From contig MCFH01000008.1 in assembly GCA_002104945.1 (NCBI GenBank), positions 930,001 through 994,000 on the forward strand: 64,000 nucleotides of DNA, in the 5' to 3' direction. Numbering within the stretch: the stretch's first letter is position 1; each line of letters begins with the position of its first letter. Positions 37,513 to 48,317 of the stretch are shown in pieces. The notes under the pieces were generated by a model. The model was not told the origin of the DNA. It saw only the letters and a list, made by a program, of their open reading frames with translations, and did not search any database. This stretch comes from Piromyces finnis finn. Taxonomy: Eukaryota > Fungi > Neocallimastigomycota. A program made the position numbers and the translations under genes.

Positions 37513-38051
37513 AATGTTTGTATTTTTTTGAATGAAAACATTATGAGCTCATGGGCACCATATTATCATGACTGATGTTACTTTTTATTTCATTTAAATT
37601 TATCAGGTAGGGAACAATCCCACACAGTACGAATTGTAAAACGTTCCTTCTTGGTGGAACTTTAGCATAGGATGAACTATAAATCGATAAGGCGGAACAA
37701 AGACATTTGAATGAACACCTTTACAGTTCATTGGGGTCTCATGCTCCATATGTAGAGGGTCACACGGCTTTTCTTACTAAAACAATCCCTATCAGTAGTA
37801 GCTCTATGAGGCTACTTTTTGATAGGCTTAGTAAGACACCTAACTTAATCAAGAGTATCGACGTCGTACCGATATGGTAAAGGAGCATTCCTAATGTTCC
37901 GTACACAGAGTTCAATGTTTGTTTTTTTTTTTTTTGAATGAAAACATTATGAGCTCATGGGCACCATATTATCATGACTGATGTTACTTTTTATTTCATT
38001 TAAATTTATCAGGTAGGGAACAATCCCACACAGTACGAATTGTAGAGTTCA
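37513..38051. mobile_element. Non-coding putative non-autonomous retroelement: ~126-bp direct repeats flanking a ~275-bp GC-richer structured core
   Basis: Repeat copies at 37513-37638 and 37914-38044 are identical except at the T-tract (tat+T7 versus T14). The second copy is flanked by AGAGTTCA at 37907-37914 and 38044-38051. There is no ORF. The mobile-element call is an inference. Confidence 0.55.
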
Positions 38052-41000
38052 TTGAACTTTTATGCAACTTTAATAATTATTTTATATTATATTTATATTT
38101 ATATTTATATTTTTATATATATTATGTATTATCACCTAATATATAATGTAATATCTCAAATTAAATAAATAAATACAAGAAGAAGTGTATTCTCTTCTTA
38201 GTCTAAAAAAAAAAAAAAAAATCATGTTGTAGTAATGATGAATAATACATATTACAACATTTTATCATTGAATCTAAAATGACCTACTTTTATGCAATAC
38301 AGAATTATTTATCATCATATTAATACGTTTTTTCTTAATGATGAAACTTTACCTTCTTATGGATTTATTAATCAGTAAAGTAAAATAAAAGCATCTGAAT
38401 GGATAGTATAAATAGTATTAAAAAAAAAAAATTGTTTATCATCATAGTTCTATGTTCAGTATGTATAAGAATCTTGAGTTTTTTTTTTTTTTTTTTATTA
38501 AAGCAATCCATAAAAATTATTTTTTGATAAGTTTAGTAAAAGAATTGATGATATAGGGATAGGACAAAGGATTGTGTTTTGTACAAAAAGTTCAATATTA
38601 TCTCACTCACACATACACCGAAAAAGTAGAGTAATTTATTTAATTCAACAAATAAAAATTATTAAGAATTCATGAAAGAGTTTAGAGTAAAACACATTTA
38701 ATATTAATAATAAATTCTATTAGATTCAAAGGTTTAACTAAATAAAAAAAAATTAAAAGATATTGTTATGTTTTGTTAAAAAGAATAAGAATTATTAAAT
38801 CTAATAAAGAATAATTAGTAATATATAATAGAAAAAAAGAAAAGTAATATGAATTAAATTCTAATTTTTAACTTTATTATTCAATTTAAATTTTAATAAT
38901 AAGTATTATTTGAACTTTAATTACTTGATATTTAAAATATAGTTTTTATTTCAAGCAAACTAGAATAAATACGAGCAAGTATTTTCTTATACCAAACATT
39001 TTTTGATAAATATATTTTTATCATTATTATATATCTAACCCTTAATTTTTACATTTTTAAAATTAATTATAAATCTTAATATAAATAATAAATAATGGTA
39101 TAAAATAATGAAATTCAATTGTGCTTTTTAAAAATAAATATTAAAAAGTATTTTCTTTTTTTAAAAGTAATTTTAAAGTATAAAATTTCTTTTAGGCCTT
39201 TAAAAACGTTATCACTTTATTTCTTTTTAGTTATTTATCAATTGATGATGAATTCTTAAGTCTCTTATTATTAAGTATTAAAATATAATACTTTTAGTTT
39301 TTATTAACCTATTATCTATTTTAAACTGTTATTAATTTATATGCTCTTTTTTTTTTTTTTTTTTTTAAAAATAATAAGTTATTTCATAAAGCATATCATT
39401 TGTATTATAAAAAGGTGGAAAGTAGCTCCACCTTTTGGATCTTAAAAATCCATTTATTATTAATTAATTTAAAGCCATCAATTATATTAAATTTTATAGT
39501 TTTCAAAAAAAGAGTTTAATCATCATTCATAACATAACCCTAATAAATTAGTAATAAATCCTGGATATATTTGAATTATTCCTGTAACATCATATCACAT
39601 GCTCAGAATACAACTGTTTTTGGAGAAATCCTTCAAAAAACTAAAAGTTTTATGAATTTATGAAATACAAAATATATAATTGTTAAGCTTCTATTTTTTT
39701 ATTAATATATTTATATATTTTATTTTATATTATAATAATATGTTTTACTTAAAATGTTTTAATAACTATTAATGAACACTTAAACAACTATATCAATATT
39801 AATAGCAAATGCAAATGGCAATAAAAGTTCAAGAATTAATGATTTTGTTTCTTTTTATTGAGTGTTTCAAAACTTTAAAAGGTTATTTTAAAATTAAATT
39901 TAGCTCAAGTAATTTTTTATGGTCATTACTAATAAATATCTGGTTAATATTTTATATAAAATATTATATATAATCATATTAAAGCAACGTATGGCTAAAT
40001 ATGATTTTGTATGGCATTTCTTTATCAAAATCTTTCTTCTTATCAAAATTTTTACTAAATAAACTATTATAAATAAAGTTTAGTAATCAGTATTAAAAAA
40101 AACCAACTACTGTAATATAATTATTGGTTAATAATAATATTATATTAAAAAATTAGTATTCTATTGGTTAAAAATATACTTATTAATAATATATTAATAC
40201 TATTTTTGATTAAAAAAAAAGAAATAAAATAATAAAAATCAATAGTTTTTTTTTAATAGTGATGTGCTAGTACCTGCTTGCTGTATTTATTAGTAATCCC
40301 TTCAACTTTTAAAAAAAAATTAAAATAAATTATTATATATAAATAATGAAATGTAAAAGATTTAATTAATAAAATAGATTTTACATTTATATTTTAAACT
40401 TTATTTAATATAAATTTATAAATTTTAATTTTTTAGAAAAGGAAAAATTTTAAAGGAATGCTGGTGAAAATTGAATATCATAGTTATATGAAAATCATGG
40501 TATAATTATTAAGTCGTTTATTATAGTGTTTGGTATTAATTTAAAATAAATGAATGTTTATTTAAATTAATTGAATAATTAATACATTTTCATTCTTTTT
40601 TTTTTTTTTTTTTTTAAAATTTATTAATTTTTTTTTAATACTAAAGTAACGTTACTATTTTTAATAAAACTTTTCATGTTTAAATTTATAATATACAATT
40701 TTGGTTGTGCTATCCACAATTTCTTTTTTATATAAAGAATATACTAAACTTATTTATTAAATATTCATTATTTATTCTTATATAAAATAAAACACTTTAT
40801 AATCGTTTTTTATTTAACAAAAATCCAAGTGCTACTTACTATTTATATAAAGAATATAATTATTTTGAATTGCTAAAGTTTAATAATTGAATAAAAAACT
40901 TTTAATTAAATTTCAAACTTTCTAAATACTTTTATATGTAAATTTAATCTATTATTATTATTTTTTGAATATAATTAGACCACTATAGAATGTATAATTT

Positions 41001-42313
41001 TAAATAAAATTTAATCATTGCTTATACAACTATATATAGAGTACTAGAGAAAATAATGAATAATTAGCTAAAAATATAACAACAAGAATGATCATATAAA
41101 AGTACCAGAAAAAAATTATTTTTTCAATATATTGCAATTGTTAATTTTTACACCAACAAATAACAAAAAAACTTTTAACAATTTTTCTATATTAATTAAT
41201 ATTTTTATTAAACTTTTATAAATGAATAGTTTATTCCTTCTTATTCATTTATGCATTCTTTCTTTCTTAATTATAATTATTTTTAAACTTTAGTTTTTTT
41301 TAATTAATTTTTTTATTTATAACGTTTTTATAAATTATCATAATTATATAAACTTATACTTTAAATTATTATTTAAACTATATACCAAATTAATTATATA
41401 TATAAAATATATTCTTTAATTAAATAGTTAAAAAAAAGCTTTTATTATTCACTCTTAGAGATATTTTTTAAGATGAAAAAAGAAAATATATAGAATTTAT
41501 ACCTTTTATAGAATACTTTATATATTTATATTTTTTTTTTTGTTCTTTTTTTTATGTTGACTATAAACTGTTTTTTAATAGTAATATATATTTGATAGAA
41601 TGATTTATAATTATATTTTAAATAATATATTTTATATATTTATATTTATTATTATTGAAATTATCAATTGTGTATATTATATATATAAATGAATTATATA
41701 TTATTAATACATTCAATATTTTTTTATATACATTATTTACGTTATATCATTTTAAAAATATTATTATATTTATATTTTTCTTTTCAATATATATTGATAA
41801 TAATGTAGATCAATGTAGAACAAAATTTTTTGGGTTAATTTATAATAATATATTATAACAATATGATTATTTTAGAATAATATATTTATTAATCAGTTAA
41901 TAGATTTATTCATATAATAATTATATATAAATTACTAATAGTTTATAATAATTATATATTGTTTTTAATACAAGAAACCTTTTAATTTGATCCTCAAATA
42001 AAAAATCAGTAATTTATAACCTATTAGATTTAATAAATGGTCAATTCATATATTAAATATTATTGCAATATATATTAATCATTTTTTTTTTATTTGACTA
42101 AAATGTATTATAAATAAAATGAAATAATAAATATTAATAATTTTATAATAATATTTATTAATTAATAAAGTTTATAATTTAACAATATTTAGGTTAAAAA
42201 ATAATATAAAAATTAAAAAAAAGAACAAAATTTCTATTTTTTTTTCACTTTTACACAAAATAATAAAGTATTCTTTTTGAATAAAGAGAATAATTGTATT
42301 ATAAATTAACAAG

Positions 42314-44432
42314 ATGTCTACTGTTAACTTAATCAGAAACCCACTCACTAATAGAGGTTAATATTATAACTAAAGATAGATATAGAATATATATTAAAAG
42401 AAAAACTTTAAAAATAAATATTCAATGTAGATGGAAATAACTTATATTTTGAATGTATTATGTACATACGATGATAAAATAATATTTTGGAAGTCTTAGA
42501 TATAACAAAAATGGAATTTAAATAAAGAAAATTATTATTAAATAGAATATAGAAAATATAATTTATTTAAGGGAATAAAAGTAAATCAAAAAAAAAAAAA
42601 AAGTAGAATCGCGAAATTTATAAATTTATGAAATAGATTAAAAATTAAAAAATAATTTAATATTTATACCAATGAATAATATTTTATTTAATATTATTAA
42701 AGAAAATGAATTATTAAATTTTTATAGATATTAGAATATGTATAAATAAAAATTTTAAAATATTTGTAAATAATTAACTAATTATGTTTATGAAAATTTA
42801 TATTTATTTAAAATAGGTACTGCTCAAACTAGTGAAGAAAGAACTAACAACAAGCTCTATGGTCTTATTCCAACTGCTGTTGAAAGTCTTGAACAACAAA
42901 CTGCTCGTTGCTTAGAACAAGTTAGATCAAAGAGTACTGATCTTGAAAGATACATTTACTTATCTAACTTAAGAAACAGCAACAACACTTTATTCTACAG
43001 ATTATTAATGGATAACTTCGAAGAATTAGTTCCAATTGTTTACACTCCAACTGTTGGTGAAGCCTGTGTTAAGTTCTCTCACATTTACGACCCATCTAGC
43101 TGTGACGGTTTATACATTTCTATTAAGGATAAGGGTAATGTTCGTAAGGTCTTAGATAACTGGCCATACCCAGATCCAGATATCACTGTTGTCACTGATG
43201 GTTCTCGTATTCTTGGTCTTGGTGATTTAGGTATTAACGGTATGGGTATTCCAATTGGTAAGTTATCCCTTTACATTGGTGCTGCTGGTATCAACCCACT
43301 CCGTACCCTCCCAATCACTTTAGATCTTGGTACTAACACTCCAGCTCATTTAGAAGATCCATTATACATTGGTCTTAGACAAAACAGACCAGGAGAAGAA
43401 GAATTCTATGAATTCCTTGATGAAGTTATGGATGCTTTATCTGACAAGTGGCCAAACCTTATTATTCAACACGAAGATTTCGCTGGTACTCACGCTTTCG
43501 GTTTATTAAACAGACAAAGAAACAAGTACAGTATGTTCAACGATGATGTTCAAGGTACTGGTGCTGTTATTCTTTCTGGTTTAATTAACGCTTTCCGTGA
43601 AACTGGTATTCCACTTAAGGACCACAGAGTTTTATTCTTAGGTGCTGGTTCTGCTGGTGTTGGTGTTGCTAGTCAAATTCGTGACCACTTTATTAAGGCT
43701 GGTAACATGACTCTTGAAGAAGCTCGTGACCACTTCTGGCTCGTCGATACTAAGGGTCTTGTTACTTTCGATCGTGGAGACAAGTTACTTGAACACAAGA
43801 CTATCTTCGCTCGTAGTGACAACAACGGTCAACAATTCAAGGACTTAGAATCTACTTTAGAATACGTTAAGCCAACTTGTTTAATTGGTTTAAGTACTCA
43901 AGGTGGTGTCTTCACTCCAAAGATTATTAACAGAATGGCTGAATTAAACAAGAAGCCAATTATCTTCCCACTCTCCAACCCATTAAAGAACTCCGAATGT
44001 ACTTTCGAAGCTGCTATGCAAAATTCTGAATGCAGAGTTCTTTTCGCTTCTGGTACTATGTTCCCATCTTACACTGACCCAGCTACCCAAAAGGTTTACT
44101 ACCCAGGTCAAGGTAACAACATGTACGTTTTCCCAGGTATTGGTCTTGGTGCTATCCTTGCTCAAGCTTCTAGCATTAGTGATGATATGATTTACACTTC
44201 TTCTGTTGCTTTAGCTAACACTCTTACTGATGAAGAAAGAGCTTCTGGTTTATTATACCCACGTTTATGTAGAATTCGTGAAGTCAGTACTAAGATTGCT
44301 GCTGAAGTTATTAAGGAAGCCGTTAAGGAAGGTGTTGCTAAGAACCAAGAAGTCATTGCTCTTGTTGAAGCCAACGACGAAGCTAAGCTTATTAGCTACA
44401 TTGAATCTAAGCAATACAACCCAACTTACTAA
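42314..44432 (+). CDS. NAD(P)-dependent malic enzyme
   Basis: Exon 42314-42356 (MSTVNLIRNPLTNR), intron 42357-42816, exon 42817-44432. Motifs: PIVYTPTVGEAC, VTDGSRILGLGDLG, EDFA, FNDDVQGTGAV, GAGSAGVG, IFPLSNP and GQGNNMYVFPG. Codon usage is that of a highly expressed gene. Confidence 0.97.
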
Positions 44433-45121
44433 ATTTATTAATATTTTTCTTTTTTTTTAAAGAATATTCTATCTATTAAAAAAAAGCAAAAATAGTATAA
44501 ATAATAATTATATATTATACAACAACATATATATTTTTTCATTATTATAAAATTTCATTTATAAAAATGAAGAAACTTTTTTTTTTTTTTTAATTGTAAT
44601 TATATAAAATTAAATATTTTTTTTTTTAAAAAAAAAGGAAAAAGGAATGTTACATAAAATAGTAATCTATATACGAAATAAGTCGTTTATAATTTAAATT
44701 AAAATATTAGAAAAAAAGAACATAAAAAGAAATATTTTTTTTATTTTAAGAAAAAATAATAAAATTCATAAATTATTTAATAATAATATTTAATGGATGT
44801 GAAGGTTTTAAAATGTGTGTGTGTGAAAAAAACATTAAATTTCTTTAAGAAGTTTTAAATTTATTTGTTTATTAAGTTAAAAAAAAAGTATTTAGGAAAG
44901 TTTCAAAAATTAGATCATTTTGAATAATATTTTTTCTTTTTTGTCAATAGCTCATTTTGTATAAGGTATCATCAACAATATTCTTTAGAAATCGGTTTGT
45001 TTTTAATAAAATGTAAGTTAAAAATTTGGGTTTAATGACTAAAATCCTTGATTTTTTTTTTTTTTTGTTTTTGGTATTTTATTTGAAATTTTAAACATAA
45101 TGTCGGTGGGGAGAAAGTCTT

Positions 45122-48077
45122 AATATCTTCATTGGATTAAAACAGGATGTGAGTATATGAAGAGTCATAATCCTAAGAAGGCCTGGAAATGGATCAAGAA
45201 AACTGCAAAAATTGGAAAAGATTCTTTCTTTATTGCTCAACCAATTAAAAATAAAAATGGAGAGTTAGTTGTTGCTACGGAAGAACAACTAGATGTGTGG
45301 CATGATCATTTCGAAAATCTTGCATCAGATCCAAGTGGCGTAAGTCTTGATTTGGAGCATTGGTATGAAGAACCAACGAATAAACGTTTTTCACTCCCTA
45401 TGCTTGATGAATGGGATATCAACCAAGATATTAGTATTGATGAAGTCAAGTCAGCTATCCTCTCTACTCCGAATTATAAAGCATCAGGTCCGGATGGTAT
45501 TCCAATTGAATTTTACAAAGCATTAATTCCATCAAGTAATGATTCTAATAATGCTACAGATAATAATTCTTCCGGTAATACCACTTCAGATAATGATTCT
45601 TATGGTTTAAATTTTATTCTTAAATTATACAACCGTATTTGGGATGGAGACTTCCCCAACTCATGGAATGAATCCAGTATTGTTTCTATTCCTAAGAAGG
45701 GAGATTTGACAGATTGTGATAACTATCGAGGTATATCACTTATCAATAATGGTATTAAGTTGATTTCCAAAATTGTCACCACTAGAATCTCAGAATATGG
45801 TCTAAAGAATAATTTCATTAGACCTGAACAATTTGGTTTTCGAAAAAAGGAAGAAAGTATCAGTCTTTTCATTTCAATCCAAGAAATATGCCGTAGACGT
45901 CAATTAGATAATAAAGAGACATATTTGGCCTTTTTAGATCTCAGGAAAGCATACGATTCAGTCCCAATCGGTAATATTCTCCATAAATTAGATTGTTTAG
46001 GAATCCGAGGTAAGAGTTTACAATTCATCAAAAATTTATATTTAACATCTAAGGCTAATGTCAAATTAGATGGACAATTCTCGAAATCTTTTGATGTGAA
46101 GAAAGGAGTCCGTCAAGGATGCCCTCTTTCTCCTATTCTCTTTAATCTCTTTATTAATGATATATTTAAAGAGTGTGAAGATCTCGGAGTCAGTTTAGGT
46201 GACACTCGATGCTGTGGTGGACTTTTTGCAGATGATATAGTTATTTGTGCTCCAACAAGAGGATGCTTAAAAAAGATGCTTAGAAGAGTTAATGAATGGG
46301 CCTTGTATAATGAAATGGAATTTGGTATCCAGAAATGTTCAACGATGGTGATTCGTCCTGAATCAATAGAAAATCAGAACAAGAGAGATCCAACATTTTA
46401 CTTAGCAGGACAACCCATTCCAACTACTGATTGTTATACTTATCTTGGTGTTCCATTTGATAAGAATCTGTCCCTTAAACCAGTTATTAAAGCTCTTAAT
46501 AACAAGGTTTTGAAAGGACTTTTCTCAGTCAGTAAATTCTTAAGAAATCCTAATATTCCTATTCCCTTCAAAAAGCTAGTACTTAACTCACAAGTGATTA
46601 GCAGAGTTTCATACTTTGCACCATTACTTGGATCCAACAAAGCCAGGTCTAGGATTGCACAGAAGCATGTTAACAAAGGAATACGATGGGTTGCCGGAGT
46701 TCATAAAGCTGTATCGTTTATATCTTTATACTCTATCTCAAAAGATTTGAATATTCCTCCATTGTCAGCCAAATGTGCATTAGCTCAGGTTAGATGTTTT
46801 AACAAATGGAAAAACTCAAATTGTATTATCTCACACCTTGTCAATTACATTCCTAAATTTAGAAAATACACGTGGTGCAAATCAAGTAGGACACTTGATA
46901 AAAAACTAAAGAAACATGGAGATGTTAAAGCAGTTAAAAACTTTTATTGGAAAGATCTCAAAGGGAATTCAATCAAAGCGCAATATTATGATGATAATAA
47001 GTTTATTGATACTAAAGATTTTATTAAATTATGTTATGAGTACCCAGAGTTTGCCTATGGCTTCTACTGGCTATTGAAAGCAAGAAGCGGATACAAGTTG
47101 GATGCTAGAGTTGCCAAAGCTGCCAAATTTGTTGATCCAGTTTGTCCTAACTACTGTCCATGTTGCAAGTGTGGAGATCAAAGTATTAAACATTGGTTAT
47201 TAGATTGTCCAACATTTAGAGATATCCGTATTAAACATTATGATTCCATAGTCCAGCTATTAAATTTTTTCAGTCAACGTAATTCCAATAGTCCTATCAA
47301 TAATAATGAAATTGATAATATCAGTAGAGATAGTAATAATATTAATAGTAATAGTAACAATAGTAATAATAACAATAGTAATAGTAACAATAGTAATAAT
47401 AACAATAGTAGTAATAGAAATAATAATATTAGTAATGATAGCAATAGTGAAGATAATAATTCTAATTTAGATAGTAATTTAGTTAATGATAGTAATAGTT
47501 CTAATAATCCGGTGAATATTAATGTGTATGATTATTCTAGTGTGTGCAGTAAAATATTTAAATTCCTTCTTGGGGGAAGAAGTTTTAACAATATTAATTA
47601 CAATTCAAGGGAATGGAAAGAACTTTGTAAGCGTCAGATTCAATCTGGTACTAACGAAGGAACACCATTCTTGACGGTAACCGCGGAACTTCTAACCAAA
47701 ATCATGCCTTTTGCTATTGGCCAGCAATGGTCAATGTTCAAAAGGTTTGAAGCAACATCCAAGAGCGTCAATGCTGAAGAAACAGTAAGACAGGCCAGGA
47801 GGGCCAGCGCAACCAATGGAGATCATAATTTTGTCCCATGATAAAATTTTGATCTTTGGCTCGGTGTCCCATTGGAAGTCAAATACAATTATTATACTTT
47901 AGTATGATAGTGGCTTTCTTACTTTAATTAAAATTACTAGAATACATTATACCCAATTTTTATTCATTTGTGTTTATTTAAACATATTTTTTTTTATTTT
48001 TATTTTATTTTAATTTTTATATTACATGTATTATAATTTTAATTAAATTAATAATAAAGTTTAAAATATTTGATGCC

Positions 48078-48116
<39 letters not shown>
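45122..48116 (+). mobile_element. 5'-truncated non-LTR retrotransposon with poly(A) tail and 13-bp target-site duplication
   Basis: TSD GGGAGAAAGTCTT at 45109-45121 and 48117-48129. A36 tail at 48081-48116. The reading frame is open from the 5' junction and no endonuclease domain is present. Confidence 0.95.
45157..47841 (+). CDS. Retrotransposon ORF: reverse transcriptase plus C-terminal CCHC zinc-binding motif (N-terminally truncated)
   Basis: RT motifs KASGPDGIPIEFYK, PKKGDLTDCDNYRGISL, FLDLRKAYDSV, GVRQGCPLSPILFNLFIND, LFADD, KCS and YTYLG. Zinc motif CPCCKCGDQSIKHWLLDCP. No internal stop codons. Confidence 0.95.
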   Translation: MKSHNPKKAWKWIKKTAKIGKDSFFIAQPIKNKNGELVVATEEQLDVWHDHFENLASDPSGVSLDLEHWYEEPTNKRFSLPMLDEWDINQDISIDEVKSAILSTPNYKASGPDGIPIEFYKALIPSSNDSNNATDNNSSGNTTSDNDSYGLNFILKLYNRIWDGDFPNSWNESSIVSIPKKGDLTDCDNYRGISLINNGIKLISKIVTTRISEYGLKNNFIRPEQFGFRKKEESISLFISIQEICRRRQLDNKETYLAFLDLRKAYDSVPIGNILHKLDCLGIRGKSLQFIKNLYLTSKANVKLDGQFSKSFDVKKGVRQGCPLSPILFNLFINDIFKECEDLGVSLGDTRCCGGLFADDIVICAPTRGCLKKMLRRVNEWALYNEMEFGIQKCSTMVIRPESIENQNKRDPTFYLAGQPIPTTDCYTYLGVPFDKNLSLKPVIKALNNKVLKGLFSVSKFLRNPNIPIPFKKLVLNSQVISRVSYFAPLLGSNKARSRIAQKHVNKGIRWVAGVHKAVSFISLYSISKDLNIPPLSAKCALAQVRCFNKWKNSNCIISHLVNYIPKFRKYTWCKSSRTLDKKLKKHGDVKAVKNFYWKDLKGNSIKAQYYDDNKFIDTKDFIKLCYEYPEFAYGFYWLLKARSGYKLDARVAKAAKFVDPVCPNYCPCCKCGDQSIKHWLLDCPTFRDIRIKHYDSIVQLLNFFSQRNSNSPINNNEIDNISRDSNNINSNSNNSNNNNSNSNNSNNNNSSNRNNNISNDSNSEDNNSNLDSNLVNDSNSSNNPVNINVYDYSSVCSKIFKFLLGGRSFNNINYNSREWKELCKRQIQSGTNEGTPFLTVTAELLTKIMPFAIGQQWSMFKRFEATSKSVNAEETVRQARRASATNGDHNFVP

Positions 48117-48119
<3 letters not shown>

Positions 48120-48213
48120 AGAAAGTCTTTCGAAAAGTCTTTCGTTTCATATTCTTATATTAAATTCCTTACTAATGCACTACCGATTATGATTTGTATT
48201 TTTTTGTTAAAAA

Positions 48214-48317
48214 GGATCGATTGGTATAGGTATCCTAGGTATATAGTATTGGATCAACTGCCGTTACTTAGAACGTCGACGTCGAAAGAATAAGACAAAA
48301 AAAAAAAAAAAAAAAAA
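48214..48317 (+). mobile_element. Short GC-richer segment ending in an A21 tail; possible 3' end of a second retroposon
   Basis: GGATCGATTGG...GAACGTCGACGTCGAAAGAATAAGAC followed by A at 48297-48317. No convincing TSD. Confidence 0.4.

Noticed and set aside
37575-37615. Hammerhead-like CTGATAA-ATTTAAAT-GAAA on the minus strand of the direct repeat
   Set aside because: The conserved G8 is A, and no stem III or NUH cleavage triplet can be formed, so it cannot be called a ribozyme.
37652-37660. TGGTGGA as a tRNA primer-binding site for a TRIM
   Set aside because: Only about 7 nt match, it is not adjacent to the repeat end, and there is no polypurine tract before the second repeat.
37710-37732. 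U5 snRNA loop I-like hairpin (loop ACCTTTACA)
   Set aside because: U5 needs GCCUUUUAC with four U, plus the flanking U5 architecture and Sm site, none of which is evident.
41655-41858. Hydrophobic Ile/Tyr/Phe ORFs (also 28197, 48351, 53177, 54281 and 60241)
   Set aside because: Typical chance ORFs from AT-rich non-coding DNA, with no codon bias or motifs.
45107-45121. RNase P/MRP CR-I-like GGGGAGAAAGTC at the LINE target
   Set aside because: No matching CR-V/P4 partner was found downstream in the reconstructed empty site.
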